Source: Sphaerodactylus townsendi (lineage: Eukaryota). From it: DNA of 64,000 nt. The position numbers were made by a program, and so were the translations under genes. Position 1 is the stretch's first letter. The number at the start of each line of letters is the position of its first letter. The notes beneath the pieces are model-generated. The model had not been told where the DNA came from, made no database searches, and was given only the letters and a program-made list of their open reading frames with translations. Where the stretch lies: positions 120,962,001 to 121,026,000 of the forward strand of contig NC_059430.1 in NCBI RefSeq assembly GCF_021028975.2, written 5' to 3'. Below are positions 37,401 to 49,649 of the stretch, piece after piece.

Positions 37401-40400
37401 TTTCTGATCCTATGAATTAATTTAACACCTGAGCCACTTTTCCTCCTGCCTCTGGGCTGGACTCCCTTATCAGCTCCCATCACATTAGCCTGCGCAATCC
37501 AAGCTGCAGCGCATGGCGAGAAACTATGCTGCAAAGCTAGCAGAGCGGAGAGTGCCGGACCATTCCAGTGAGTCAAGCCGCAATGGAAGCGTCACTAGGC
37601 AGTCGTACGGAACTCGGAAGACTTCCTGACTGTGCACCAGCTATGGTCTTCAGGTAGACATCTGTTGGCTGTCCCACCACTTAGGGTGGTCATCCGGCAT
37701 CAACAAGGTCTCAAGTCTTTTCCGTTGCAGCTATGGCTCTGTCTAATGGGCTGTCTGAAGAGGTGAGGGCTCTTCCGCCTCCTTGGAGTGGCAACAAAGC
37801 TGGTTCATTTGATGGAACTTTCAAAAAGGTGTGAATGGCAGGCATCTTTGAAGACGGAGGGGGAAAGGGACCTTTGGTGCCTGTTGTTTTATTCTTGTTT
37901 TAATTGTCTTATAACTGTTGTAGTAAGCCACTCAAGGTGGAATGGAAATGTTTTAATAAACGAACATGATGGGTTAAAAAAAAACACCGTAAAGCGCGCA
38001 GCAAAATCCCATGTGGTGTGGTGGTTAAAATGATCAGACTAGGATCTAGAAGATCCAGGTTCGAATTTCCATTTGGGCTACGGAAGCTCACTGGGTGACC
38101 TTGGGTTGGTCTCATGCTCTCAGCCCAATCTACCTCACAGGATTGTTGTGAAGATGAAATGGAGAAGAATGATCTAAGCTGCTTTTGGGTCTCCACTGTG
38201 AAGAAAGTTGGTGTATAATACATGTAATTCGGTGTAATATATATAATGTGGTCCTGGAGGCCTGAGAGAGTACACCTGCCCATGTATTCCTGCCCAAGGG
38301 CTGAGATTGGAAGGGGGAAGCACTCCTTGCTACCCTGCCCCCTATGGAGATGGGCAAGGTGGCCCAGACAGCCTTCTTTAGAATAGTCCATATACTGTGG
38401 AATGCCCTCCATGCAGAGGTTCACCAGACACCTGGGCTGTCTTGGAATTTTGGTGCCTGGCAAAGACCAACCTCTTTAACTGAGCATTTGGCTGACTTTC
38501 TACTGGGAAGGGACCCCCGAGTTGTCCTCCCTTTTTTGTGGGTGGGTGCTTCAGATTTTAGATTGTTTTAGGGTTTTTAAGATAGGGTTTTATTGTGAGA
38601 TTTTTGTATAGTTTTTACTATAATTCGCCCCGAGATCATGGTAAAGGGTAGGGAATAAATGTAAATTAATAATTTTTTTTAAAAAAAAAATGAATTAAAT
38701 AAATAAAATCCCTGAATTGGAAAGCACCCCTCTAAACCTACACCCACACAGGACTCCTCCCCACCAAACATTCTCTCTTTGCAGTTGCTTCTTTTCCCCT
38801 CTAGAATCCTCGCAGTCCTCCTGGGGAAAGTAGGACCTGCAATCTATTAAAAAACAAACAAAAACACTCCAGGTGACTAACAATAATGGTAAAACACTTA
38901 TTTCATTAATTTTTAAAATAGTTTTGCATTTTGCTTCCCCCCTCCTGTTTTTTTTAGGGTTAGGTTCTGTGTATTTGTTGTGTAATTGGTCAATTGCACG
39001 TATTCTTACAAAGCTGCAGTGTGTTCTCTTACTCTCCCATTCCCCTTTGCAGCCCCTGGAAGCGGCCCACTCTTCTCTCTCTTGCCCGGCTACAAAGGGC
39101 ACCCCAGCTTCCCGTCTCTGATTGCCAAGCTCCGCAGCCAGATCATGTCCATGTCCCGGCCGCAGCTCTCCCACACCATCCTGACGGAAAAGAACTGGTG
39201 AGCAAATAGTTAAGGGGAGGACGACCGAAGGTGTCTTGGACCACAAGGAATACTGGTGCATTTTCATGCTGAACGGAAAACCACTTCCCTGGGTTACTGC
39301 AAGGCAGGGGTGTCCAACTCCGGTGCCCCAGATGTTCATGGACTATGATTCCCAATTGGCCATGCTGGCAGGGGCTGATGGGAATTGTAGTTCATGAACA
39401 TCTGGGGTACCAGAGTTAGACACCCCTGCTGTAAGGTCTTGGGTATGTTCCTATTTCCTGCATCTGAAGAGGCAGCAAATTATGCTTTTCCGGTGTCACA
39501 GGTTGCTGCATTAATTTCCCATATACCATCCACCCACACACCCACCCAAAGAGACAGTTTGGTGTAACAGTTAGCAGCAGTGGCGTAGGAGGTTAAGAGC
39601 TCGTGTAATCTGGAGGAACCGGGTTTGATTCCCAGCTCTGCCACCTGAGCTGTGGAGGCTTATCTGGGGAATTCAGATTAGCCTGTATACTCCCACACAT
39701 GCCAGCTGGGTGACCTTGGGCTCTTCTGAGCTCTCTCAGCCCCACCCACCTCACAGGGTGTTTGTTGTGAGGGGGGAAGGGCAAGGAGATTGTAAGCCCC
39801 TTTGAGTCTCCTGCAGGAGAGAAAGGGGGGATATAAATCCAAACTCTTCTTCTTCTTCTTAGTGTGACAGACTAGGATCTGGGAGACCAGGCTCGAATCT
39901 CCCCTCTGCCATGGAAACTCGCTGCATAACTTTGGGCCAGTCACACACTCTTGGCCTAACCCAGTGGTTCTCTACCTTCCTAATGCCGCGAACCTTTAAT
40001 ACAGTTCCTCATGTTGTGGTGACCCCCAACCCTAACATTTATCCATTTTACAGATGGAGAACACTGATGCAGAGTCTTAAGTGACCCTTGTGAAAGGGTC
40101 GTTTGACCCCCAAAGGGGTCCCAACCCCCAGGTTGAGAACCACTGGTAACCTATCTCACAGGGTTGTTATGAGGAGAATGTTGTAAGCCGCTTTAGATTC
40201 CAGTTGGGTTGAAAGGTGGGGTATAAATGGAGGAAATGAATAGGATGATGTACGTTCCGATACCATCTCCAGCATTCTACTCTTGAGGCCTTTGGTTTTT
40301 CTTCCATGTGTTTTTAAAAGAGTTTTGACCCCTGGGCATTAGATGCGGAAATACAAACTATTAAATTTAACATTTGTCCTGCACATCTTTTCTTTGGAGC

Positions 40401-40560
40401 TGTGTAGCCCTGACCCACCAATACTGCAGAACACACTGGATCTCATTGCAACTTCTCTCTCTCTCTCTCTCTATTGGGCAGGTTCCACTATGCGGCACGC
40501 ATCTGGGATGGTGTGAAGAAGTCCTCTGCCCTTGCAGAGTACAGCCGCCTGCTGGCCTGA
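25257..40560 (+). CDS. SMG9: Nonsense-mediated mRNA decay factor SMG9 (510 aa, 13 coding exons)
   Basis: Exons 25257-25400, 25483-25557, 26506-26749, 27671-27768, 29000-29112, 29779-29890, 30971-31066, 32527-32612, 33332-33438, 35005-35112, 37247-37372, 39053-39197 and 40482-40560 total 1533 nt, in frame. The protein starts MSESGHSQPGLY, has the P-loop GLQGTGKS and ends AEYSRLLA*. Confidence 0.97.
25483..25557 (+). CDS. SMG9: SMG9 coding exon 2
   Basis: DPMDEPVGSMMQKTPIILAKPPAER. Confidence 0.93.
26506..26749 (+). CDS. SMG9: SMG9 coding exon 3
   Basis: SKGAPP...EKPIVLMKSREEGKG...EGQRPTQPVYQIQNRGMG...MD. Confidence 0.95.
27671..27768 (+). CDS. SMG9: SMG9 coding exon 4
   Basis: VVGQAKLLAPERMKHSIKLVDDQMNWCDSAID. 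Confidence 0.95.
27880..28390 (+). mobile_element. L2-like LINE 3' fragment with an internal 33-bp tandem duplication
   Basis: YVPSRPLRS...RAFTALAPAWWNTLP..F (RT tail); cttggtgagttccgcagggcctgttccaccggg present twice; (TAAA)-rich tail. Confidence 0.7.
29000..29112 (+). CDS. SMG9: SMG9 coding exon 5 (P-loop)
   Basis: FLLDQTDVLVVGVLGLQGTGKSMVMSLLSANQPEEDQ. Confidence 0.95.
29779..29890 (+). CDS. SMG9: SMG9 coding exon 6
   Basis: TYVFRTQSQEIKERGGNQTSGIDFFITQERIIFLDTQ. Confidence 0.95.
30328..30938. mobile_element. Tc1/mariner-superfamily non-autonomous element with an internal CT-rich minisatellite
   Basis: TIRs tatatactcgcgtataagtc / gacttatacacgagtatata; about three imperfect internal repeats at 30440-30640. 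Confidence 0.65.
30971..31066 (+). CDS. SMG9: SMG9 coding exon 7
   Basis: PILSPSILDHLINNDRKLPPEYNLPHTYVEMQ. Confidence 0.95.
32527..32612 (+). CDS. SMG9: SMG9 coding exon 8
   Basis: SLQIAAFLFTVCHVVIVVQDWFTDLSLY. Confidence 0.95.
33332..33438 (+). CDS. SMG9: SMG9 coding exon 9
   Basis: FLQTAEMVKPSTPSPSHESSNSSGTDEGTEYYPHI; donor |gtatgg. Confidence 0.95.
33447..33632 (+). mobile_element. SPIN/URR1-type non-autonomous hAT element
   Basis: Ends cactggttctcaatct...aaggttgagaaccactg; internal gacccctttgggggtcgaacgaccctttc and gggggtcaccacaac match SPIN/URR1 MITEs as I recall them; 8-bp TSD gtatggag. Confidence 0.85.
34285..34690 (+). mobile_element. CR1 LINE 3' fragment inserted in a SINE
   Basis: Same CR1 3' end as 3031-3638, interrupting a SINE (~34213-34890). 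Confidence 0.85.
35005..35112 (+). CDS. SMG9: SMG9 coding exon 10
   Basis: FLQNKAKRENFCPRNLKQMHLVVDKIMMHSHLKYK. Confidence 0.95.
37247..37372 (+). CDS. SMG9: SMG9 coding exon 11
   Basis: TLSMLDCNIFPGLPPSYLDTEVNLFLLPFMDTDADDALPRA. Confidence 0.95.
39053..39197 (+). CDS. SMG9: SMG9 coding exon 12
   Basis: PGSGPLFSLLPGYKGHPSFPSLIAKLRSQIMSMSRPQLSHTILTEKN. Confidence 0.95.
39962..40145 (-). mobile_element. SPIN/URR1-type non-autonomous hAT element
   Basis: Reverse-orientation copy of 33447-33632. Confidence 0.82.
40482..40560 (+). CDS. SMG9: SMG9 last coding exon
   Basis: FHYAARIWDGVKKSSALAEYSRLLA*. Confidence 0.95.
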
Positions 40561-41180
40561 ATGTTGAAGCCGAGGGGTGGCCAGACTCCTCCCATCTCAA
40601 GGGGAGGAAGCCAGAGTCCCTGTGCCCACTGTCCAAGGGCACAGAGCGGTGTGTGGATCCCAGCAGGGAGCTGGAGAGGCGGGGGCATTGTGTCTACTAT
40701 GGTGCCACACAAGATCAAGGAGCAGACAGCCATCAGCGGTAGAAGGACGGGTGTCGTTTGCCTACTGAGCAGTGATCTGCCTAACACCCAGCATGGATCT
40801 TGTCTCCAGTAACCCATTTTGGGGCTCTGATTTCCATCTGCACACTTAGGAGGAAGAGCTTTTCTCTTGGGCTGCTCGTTCTTCCAGAAGCGGAGAAGTC
40901 CCAGACCAGCTGCCCCCCACCCCCCCTTGCACGACCAGAGAGGTTCTTCTGCATTAGTGAGGGTCAAGGTCAGCCGGCAGTTAACTCTGTGGCTTTGAGG
41001 ATGCTGTTCTCAGATTCTTCTTCCCCTAAACCCATTCCTGTCTGTCTGTACTTTTCTTGCCTCTTTCCATCTTCAGGGAAGAGTACTTAGCCCCACCCAC
41101 CCCCAGCTATCCCAGAATTCCTCATTCTTCTGCTGCAGAGTGAATCAATCACTCCCTCTTGTGTAAATGTTCTGTTGTTT

Positions 41181-41186
41181 AATAAA
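41181..41186 (+). terminator. SMG9 polyadenylation signal AATAAA
   Basis: AATAAA about 620 nt after the stop, followed by a GT/T-rich downstream element. Confidence 0.7.
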
Positions 41187-44100
41187 GCATTTGGCGTTGC
41201 TTGGCGTTTCTTTTTAAATGCCTGCCACAGTACTGGACTGTCTCTAACCCTCTGTTTGCAGTTTTAGAGATTAGCCGTGGTGGTCTGCAATAAAATAGCT
41301 ACATTGGAATCCAGTAGAACCTTAACAAGATTTTGGGAGGGAAGTCAGCTTTTGACAGCCAAAGCTTTCTTCAGGAAGAATACCTGCTGATGGGAGTGTT
41401 GACTGTCTATTTATACTCCCAAAATCTTGCTGACTTTTAAGGCGCTTCTGGAACTCCTATTTAGCTGTTCCTCTGTTGAGCAGTCCCTGTCCTAGGTCCT
41501 CGTGTGCAAACCTGGAATTTTTCAGGCCACGTCTTGTCTTCCAAGAAAGCATCCTCTAAATTAGAGAAGACAGGAGATTTTATTGTACATCCCTGCCAAC
41601 GGCGAAAAAAGCAGGGCTTCCAAGTTGTGGGAAGAAAAAGTTGTACGTGGCATTTTCGCTTCTGCTTCACGTACTGGAATTTCTAACAGGCAATTTCAAG
41701 ACAGGGCAATACAGAGCATCTTACCAGCCCCACCCAAAAGGAGCCAAAACATCATGAAATGAAACAGAAGACATCATCAAGTTCCTTCCTTGTCCCGTCT
41801 GTTCCAGAATGACAGTGCATGTAAAGAAAGCCTTGATTCTTTCCCCTTAAATTGGTCTGACGTCCTGCCTTAGTGGCACCCCTTTCCAAAGAACAGCTGT
41901 TTTGGTCCATTGCTATAGAAATAGCATCTTAGATCGAAACTGGGTCCTTGCCTCTGGATGCGTCTTAGAGATTAGGTTTCCAGATACACCAGAATCTGTC
42001 GGTTTTGCCCAAAGGAGTCCTTTCCTTTATGTTCCAATTTATCCCTGAAAACTATCTGATGGTGCCTTTAAACCAAAATATGCCCTCGAGAATGCAGTAG
42101 CTCTTTTTTCCCAGTCAACATGAGTAAGCAATCTGAAGATGTTAGAGCCTGTACTGTCTCAGGTGAAGATGTTAGTAAGGTGAGTTAAGGGGAAGGGGTT
42201 GAGAAAACTGTATGCTCATCAGAATATAGTCCCGGATGAATGAGAATTATTCATTTTTACACAATGTCTTTGTCAAAAACATTATTTCACACATTCTTGA
42301 ACATGATACTTTGATACAAGAGCATTTATGGTTTATTGTATTTTAACTTTCAAACAGATGGAGGAGAAAGGCTAAATAGGCACACTATAATTAGGCTTGG
42401 AGAATGGGGTGTATCGAATCCCAGATATGGCCTGAATCTGCGCATTCAGGCAAAAATCGGTCCGAACATCTGCCCAAATAGGAACAAATCCGACTGCAAA
42501 GCATGTGGGCTTTTTTGGTGTTTTTTCATGTTTTGGCCTGCAGGGGGCACATTTTTAAAGCTAGCAGTACCAAAATTTCAGGGTCTCATCTGGAGATCGT
42601 CCTGATACCACCTGAGTTTGGTTCAGAGGGTCTAAAGCAGGGGTAGGGAACCTGCGGCTCTCCAGATGTTCAGGAACTACAATTCCCATCAGCCTCTGTC
42701 AGCATGGCCAATTGGCCATGCTGGTAGAAACTTGATGGGGAATCCCTGAACACGCAGGACCCCAAGTTATGGACCCTCAAAAGGGTAGCCCCATCTCCTG
42801 TTAGCTCCCATTGGAAACAAACTTCACCAAACTCGGGTGACATCATCAGGAGAGTCTCTGAACGATACCCTGAAATTCTGGTGCCGCTAGATTTAAAAAT
42901 GCGCCCCTGCAGGCACAAACACAAAAAACCCAAAAAGAATCAGATGGACCTGAATTTTTTGGGTATACCCGAATATTCAAGTGTATCCGAATATGTTATT
43001 TCTTATTCGGGCATACAGATAATTTATGTCCGAATAAGTCCGAATTTCTAGGGTATTGACCAAGCCTAACCATAATCTACTGGTTAGGGTGATGCAGCAG
43101 TTCAAATTTAACTAGAAATAATACACTCAAAAATGCCAGTTCAAATGCAAGGAAGGTTGTCGAGTTCATTCCCGCTCTTGTCCCTTCATTTGCAATTCGT
43201 GCACTAATCACACTTCTGGCACTGGCTTTTTTCTTGCACATTGTCAGGAATTAAAGTACACATGCTCAGGAACACACTAAGCTGCATTATACTGAATCCC
43301 AGTCAGTTGTCTACTTACGCTGGCAGTAGGTCTTCAGGGCCTGAGGCAGAGGCCTTTTGCATCATTTCCTGCCAGATTCTTTAATTGGAAATGACAGGCA
43401 TTGAAGCTGGAACGTTCTGCATGCCAAACAGAGGTGCTTCCACTGAACCACAGCCCCTCCCGTGTACAGAGAGCCCCATAAACCCAGCCTCTGAGAGACT
43501 TTGGACTCTGAGCTGGACCCAATTGAACTTGGAGACACCTGAGGATGGCACCCAGTGATGTGATTGGGGTCTGCTTCTCGAACGAGGCAAAAATGGTAAA
43601 AGAACAGACTATACCATTCTGGAGCACGGGGGGAGGGGGAGGAAGGCATAATTTCCCATATACCCTTTTGTTAAAAAAATAACTCTACAAACCAATTCAT
43701 CAGGAAGTGGACTAAACCACAGCCTTAATATATAGGTTTTTAAAAATTGGTTTTTCAGGGCACATTTAAAAATGTGGCTGATGCAATGTAGTGCCCCTCA
43801 CGATTGTGTTGTGGTTCTGCCAATTCAAGCCTGAAACAGCCTCTCCCTACAAAGCTAGCTATGCCAGTTCCCAGCAGCCAGGATCTGATACCCGGGAATT
43901 TCGCCACGGCTGTGTTTCCGTTGAACTTTTCCCTTTCTTAACAGAACTTACCACTTGTTTACAACACAGTTTATAAACATATAAGAAATGCTGAGACTGA
44001 ACCCAGTAGTAAAGAATTTTTTTTAATGTGAATTCAGTTTTTTTTAAAAGCTGAAAGCTTGCAATTTTTGTAGTCAAAACACAAACAAAATTCAGGATCT

Positions 44101-45234
44101 CAATAATGCAGATCACGTGGTCCTCTGAGAATATTGCTGGTCAAGGGCAAAAGCCATAGATCGGAACTCGTCCAACTAACTGGTTTGAATTTCTCAATGG
44201 GTGGCTAATCGTCACACTTCATCTTATAACTGCCTATCAAGGACACCTTCATTCGTGGACTTCCCAAGACCTACTTACAACAGAGCAAAACAGCTTGTGA
44301 AAATAGGATCTGTTCCATTGAAAAAAGAATCTTTTCCATTGAAAAAAATTTCTACAGTCTTTTAATTTTTCTCATTTAAAAAAGTTTTTTTTTTAAAAAA
44401 ACACCCTCTTCCCAAGAATTAGAAAGAAGATAGGATGGAAGCAGGTTTTGACACTAACTTTTTCCTTCATAAAAGCCAGAGGATTTAGGTTGGGGTCAGT
44501 CTGCCAGGTCAATGAACCTGTTTGCACAATGCAATTAGATGACCTTCACAGAAAGAAATGGGGAAAGAGGTTCAAGTTACGCAAAGTGGTGAATTGAAAA
44601 CATACAAAAATTCAGGGCGGCAAAGGCTTTTAGCCCAAGTGTCCATAAAGTATGTTCCCTAATATAGTAACATCACATACTGCTCCCACGAAATCAAATC
44701 AGCTGTATCTTCTGTAGAAGTATAGCACCATGAACTATATTATCTAATAAATACTATTTTAATTAAAAACTACTAGGGAGATCATACTGAAAACTGATCT
44801 TTTGTCTAGTTAATGAACAGACCAGGCTTTTGCAAGCAGGCTTCTGGCAAATACCCAATAGTTCGGTGTGCTAAATCCAGGAAGCACCAAGTTTTGGGTA
44901 CCTTTACAGAGCAAACTTAAAAGTATTCAATTTAATGCCCATAGAGCCTTGGAAATGGTAAATTCACAAAAATACTGGTGAGAACTTCTAGTTTCATTAA
45001 CAACTTACACCACTTCTTTTTCTCAGGACTCCTAAAGTGGAATCCACACGAACTAGGCAACAGAAATACAGAACAGCAAACCCCAGTTTGGTCATCAACC
45101 GGTGTTCACAATCTCATATCCCTTCCTGCTTTCATTAGATGATGAGCAGGGTTCTGGGCTAGGAAAAATAGAAAAAAGCTCTATTTCACTTGAGCTGCAT
45201 TGAGACTGTGCTACACAACATACCAAGAATCATA

Positions 45235-46469
45235 TCAAACCTCAGACTCTAAGGCTTTGATGAGAACACGCTGAGCGTCTTCAGCTACTTCGTTGAGGGA
45301 ACTCCACAGCATGTAGTAGGTAGTGCCAAAGGAGATCCCCCCAGCAGCCAGGGAACCAAATATGGGCACTGTGCTGGCAAAATACTCTACCACCATCAAC
45401 GCTCCACCACCAGCCTTGGTAAGCATCTTCACCACTACATCCTTGGAGATCTCTTTGTACTTGAGGGACTTTCGATAACCGCAGATCTCTTCCACAGAGT
45501 TTACTTACCTTCTCGTAACTTGTCCAAGGACTCATCGTCCAGGCCAAAGTTCCTGCGGTACTCTGAGAGGGACTTGACTAGGATGGTCACATCGCAGGCT
45601 ACGGAGAGACCGGGGATGGGCACGGCCGCCACACCGCATGAGACAGTGGCCAGCTTCCAGATCTGTTTCTGCAAGGCCTGTTTCTTTTTGCGCAAGATTT
45701 CTAGGGAGATGTTGGGCAGGGCTAGGAGGAAGGCGTGTCTCTTGTGGCCTGGAAGCTCTCGCTCTAAAGTCTCCTCCAGCAGCATAAAGTCATACTTGCT
45801 CAACTCCCAGCTGGAAAGGAGAAAGATGCGGGGAGAGACCACATTTTCAGCCTCTAAGCACTCTTGGCAATTCTGGCGGATTAGCTGAAGGATGCTCCCC
45901 TCATCATAGGTGTGCGGTCGACGCTTTCTGGCGGCCTCCAAGTCCAAGTCTACTTTGGAACGTACAAAATAGAAACGTTTGCCCTGCTTCTGGATCTCTT
46001 GGGCCAAGCGAGCATGGTTGGATCTGAAGCGCTCTGAGGCGAGAAGGATAAAGAAGTCGTAGCAGGAGAAGTCCACCTGTTTCAGGTACTTGTCGGACTG
46101 AAAGTTGGGCGTACCGATTCCCGGCAGGTCCCAAACCATCACGTTGGGGTGCTTGGGGTGTGGATACGGCGTGGGCTTTAATGTTGTCTCCACCACTCCA
46201 GTGGGGGCAGCTCCATGATCTTCGTCCCCTAGGCCCCGGATAGCGTTGACAAAAGAGGACTTGCCGGAGCCAGACTCTCCTGTTACTGCGATATTCAGGT
46301 GAGCGTTCTCCAAGGTCTGTAAGTTTTCCATAATCTTGGACGCAGCGTCCGCCATTCTTCCTTCTTCGAGAGCATCTTTAATCTGTTCAATGTCTTCTTC
46401 AGTAATGATGTCATATTCATCTAGGAATTGAGCCTCGTTGGGCGAAGCCATTGGGGGCTGGTCCACCAT
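45235..46469 (-). CDS. IRGC: Immunity-related GTPase, IRGC-like (interferon-inducible GTPase 5 family, GKS type), with a frameshift at ~45470-45520
   Basis: G1 GESGSGKS, G3 WDLPG, G4 RSKVD; YPHPKHPNV, LPNISLEIL, FGLDDESL. The second ORF (45235-45495) supplies IPIFGSLAAGGISFGTTY-type sequence and NEVAEDAQRVLIKALE, as in IRGC. Acceptor ctcaag| at 46485. Tail-to-tail with SMG9, as in mammals. Confidence 0.88.
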
Positions 46470-47014
46470 AAAATCAAGTCGAGGCTTGAGAGGAAAAGGG
46501 AGAGAGAACACAACCCATACCATTAAACATTTTAAAGAAACCAACCTTCTTTCCCCAATTTGGGAACCCTTGCCTGTTTCTTACCACTATACTCCGCAAA
46601 GTCTGAAGCTTTCCTCGGGTCTAAGAAACCGTCTTCTTCTGCAGGAATAAGCAACCTTTTATAATTCTAGAGATGAACTATATCAACATTCAAATAAACA
46701 AAACATCAGTATATGAAACTGTAAATATCACCTAGTGTTACTCATAGTTGATACGTGGATCCATATAGTTTCCGCAGCTTAAATGCTGGTTACGTACGAT
46801 TCCTTTATTAGGAACACATGAAGTTTGAGATCTCACAATAAGAAATAAATATACAGAGGTCTCACAAGAAGTAAAAATATTGAGAGCAGTAACTCTGTGC
46901 AATTGGCTTAGTGCAGTGGCATAAAGGTAAGCACGACTCATAACTGGATTGCTGGCAATTGTTCACCTCTATCAGTTTCCCTTTCTGTAAAATACCTCTA
47001 AGGAGGCCTTAAGC

Positions 47015-47160
47015 CCGTGGTGGTGAACCTTTGGCACTCCAGATGTTATGGACTACAATTCCCATCAGCCCCTTCAAGCATGGCCAATTGGCCATGCTGG
47101 CAGGGGCTGATGGGAATTGTAGTCCATAACATCTGGAGTGCCAAAGGTTCGCCACCATGG
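47015..47160. mobile_element. Palindromic hAT MITE
   Basis: Near-perfect hairpin; TSD ccttaagc on both sides. Confidence 0.88.
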
Positions 47161-49649
47161 CCTTAAGCCAAAGAAAGAATCACTTAAATTGGAGGATTTC
47201 AAACCTTGCTGAGAAGAGCAGTAGATTACAGACTATTGTGTTTTACGTCCCTGGGTTGAGGCTGTATGGAGGACAGGAACAGGGTGCACAAAACGACAAG
47301 GAATCTTTTTCATTTGAGCCAGTGTGGTTGGAGTGGTTGTCAGACGAAATTCTGGAAGGCCCAAGTTTACATCCCCACTCGCCATTAAATGTACAGGCCA
47401 ATCTTGTGCCAGCCACTCTCTCTGAGCATAATGTACCTCACAGAGTTGTTGTGAGGGTAAAATAGAAGATGGGAGAACGACGAACACTGCCTTGAGAGGC
47501 CTGAAGAAAGAACATGATAAAAAAATGTCCTAAATAAATTCTGTGTTGGGTATAAAACCATGTTTCCTCAAACAAGGTCTCTGCTAGAACCACATACCAA
47601 GGATGAATGGGTCAGATACAACCTGGCAAGGAAGCCATGGAAAAGAGTGGGGTATCGTTTCCAGAGGGCTTGGGAACTTTGGAAAGGTATAAGAGCTGTT
47701 TGGGAGATGAAACCAACGCAGATACATACAATCCTGTCAGCTTTAGGTGATTATTTATTTATCCCCTCCTTCATTCAAAGAGCTCAAGGGGATGCACTTG
47801 GTCCCCCTTAATTAATCCTTACAACAATCCCGCGAAGTAGATTTAGGTCTGAAAACATATGACTGATCCCACGTCTTGCCGAGCAAGAATTTGAACCCAA
47901 GTTTATCCAACACTCTTGCTTCTACTCCACACTGGCTCACATTGTTATTGGTTGGAGGATCCAAATCCTCATTTTAAACCCCTAGGCTAGAAGTGGCCAA
48001 CCTATGGTGATCCAGATGTTCATGAACTACAATTCCCATCAGCCCCGTCAGCATGGCCGGCAGGGGCTGATGGTAACTGTAGTCCATGAACATCTGGATC
48101 ACCATAGGTTGGCCACCCCTGCTCTAGGCCATGCTGAATGAAAGCCCATCCTTCAGCCACCCTAGTTACGGGGAAAACTAATCTGAATTAAGCAACTACG
48201 GACTCCCAAAAAGAATGGGGTGTTATTCAACCACGTCATTCTATTTTCTTAAATACCATCCCCAAGGAGCACAGACCCCACATTTGTCTGTACATTCAAG
48301 GGGGTGCAGCGTGTTAACAACCAACAACCCCTGTCATTTGTCTGGGGTGTTCAACCGCCCAGGGGGAAGCAAAGAAAAGAAGTTATCATCCGAACAATGA
48401 ACCTTGGTTAAGGATGGTGAATAGGTGAAAATTCATAATTCCCCCAGGGACATATAGGAATGCACCCTACACTGCTCTATTGCCGTTGTAACCATTGCAG
48501 CAACAGCCTCTACAACTCGAAGAAAAAAAAACTCCTGTTTCTTTTCTTCTTATATACATATATCCCAAGGACACAATCCCATTTGTCTCCTGCGGACCCA
48601 CACCCCAAACACCCACAGCAGTTCACACAACCAAGCCTCCCATTACGGCATCCCCTCTGGGCCTTTTCTTGCCCCCTTCCTCTCCCAACACATGACCCAT
48701 TTCAACTGCACTCTCTTCCATATTTCATCCCTTTGTGCTATTTACTGGCTCATCTTGCGTCCTACTGCCTTATCCTTTATACTACCCACCCACCCCACCT
48801 GCAGTGCCTGTAGCAGGGCCATAACCTTTAAAGTGGCCAAGGGCTGGAAATTCAGAGCACAATCTCTCTCTCTTTTTTTTTAATCCGTTCCAATTCTGAC
48901 CTATCGCAATAGGAAGTAAGTCAGACCCCCCCCCTTTTAAAATCGGTTCCAATTCTGACCTAGTGCAACCGGAAATAAAAGGAAATATTGCTAAACTGTC
49001 CGACAAGGGGGTGTCTGTGTGCGGCCATTTTTATAACACTGCAAATTATTTATTTATTTATTTATTAAACTTTTATACCGCCCCATCCTCTAGGGGCTCT
49101 GGGCGGTGTCCTCTCTTATGTCCTCTCTTCCTTTAACGTTCCAAAAAAGTCATTATGGCTGATTCTGTATGGGCCAAAAACAGCGGTGTGAAAACAGTAT
49201 AAACCCTTTTACACCATTTTAAACCCTTTTGCGCCATTTTCACACCGTTTTCACACTGCTGGCCCATGCGGAATCAGCCTGAGATTTTGGTAACCAGCAC
49301 CCTGATTTAAATTGCTTCATTGGCTGATTCACTGGTTCAAAGGGGAAGGAATAAACTTTTTCGTAAAAAGGGGAGGGAGGGAAGGGTGCAGTGCTCTAAT
49401 TGAGGAGGTGAGAAGCTGCATTTGGCTGGGATTCTCCTTGGGACAGAAGTCTGAAAGGGCCAGGCTTTGCATGTGGTCGCTGCAAAATCACGGGGTGGGG
49501 TGGGGTGTGGGGATCTTCATTCATGCCCATTGCAAGTGGGATCCATCCCAGGGGTTACAGCAGGACTTCCAGCACCCACAGTAGCAATTCTCCATTCCTC
49601 CCGCCCTCAAAAACAGATGCACCAGCCATAGCCACGAAACTTAGGGCGA

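Noticed and set aside
45495-45510. AAG|GTAAGT in the IRG gene as an intron donor that rescues the frameshift
   Set aside because: The sequence immediately downstream is homologous coding sequence (EKVSK...), leaving no room for an intron
46470-46544. N-terminal extension MVSLKCLMVWVVFSLPFPLK of the IRG ORF
   Set aside because: It reads through the intron polypyrimidine tract and acceptor at 46485; the true start is more likely the ATG at 46469 or 46451
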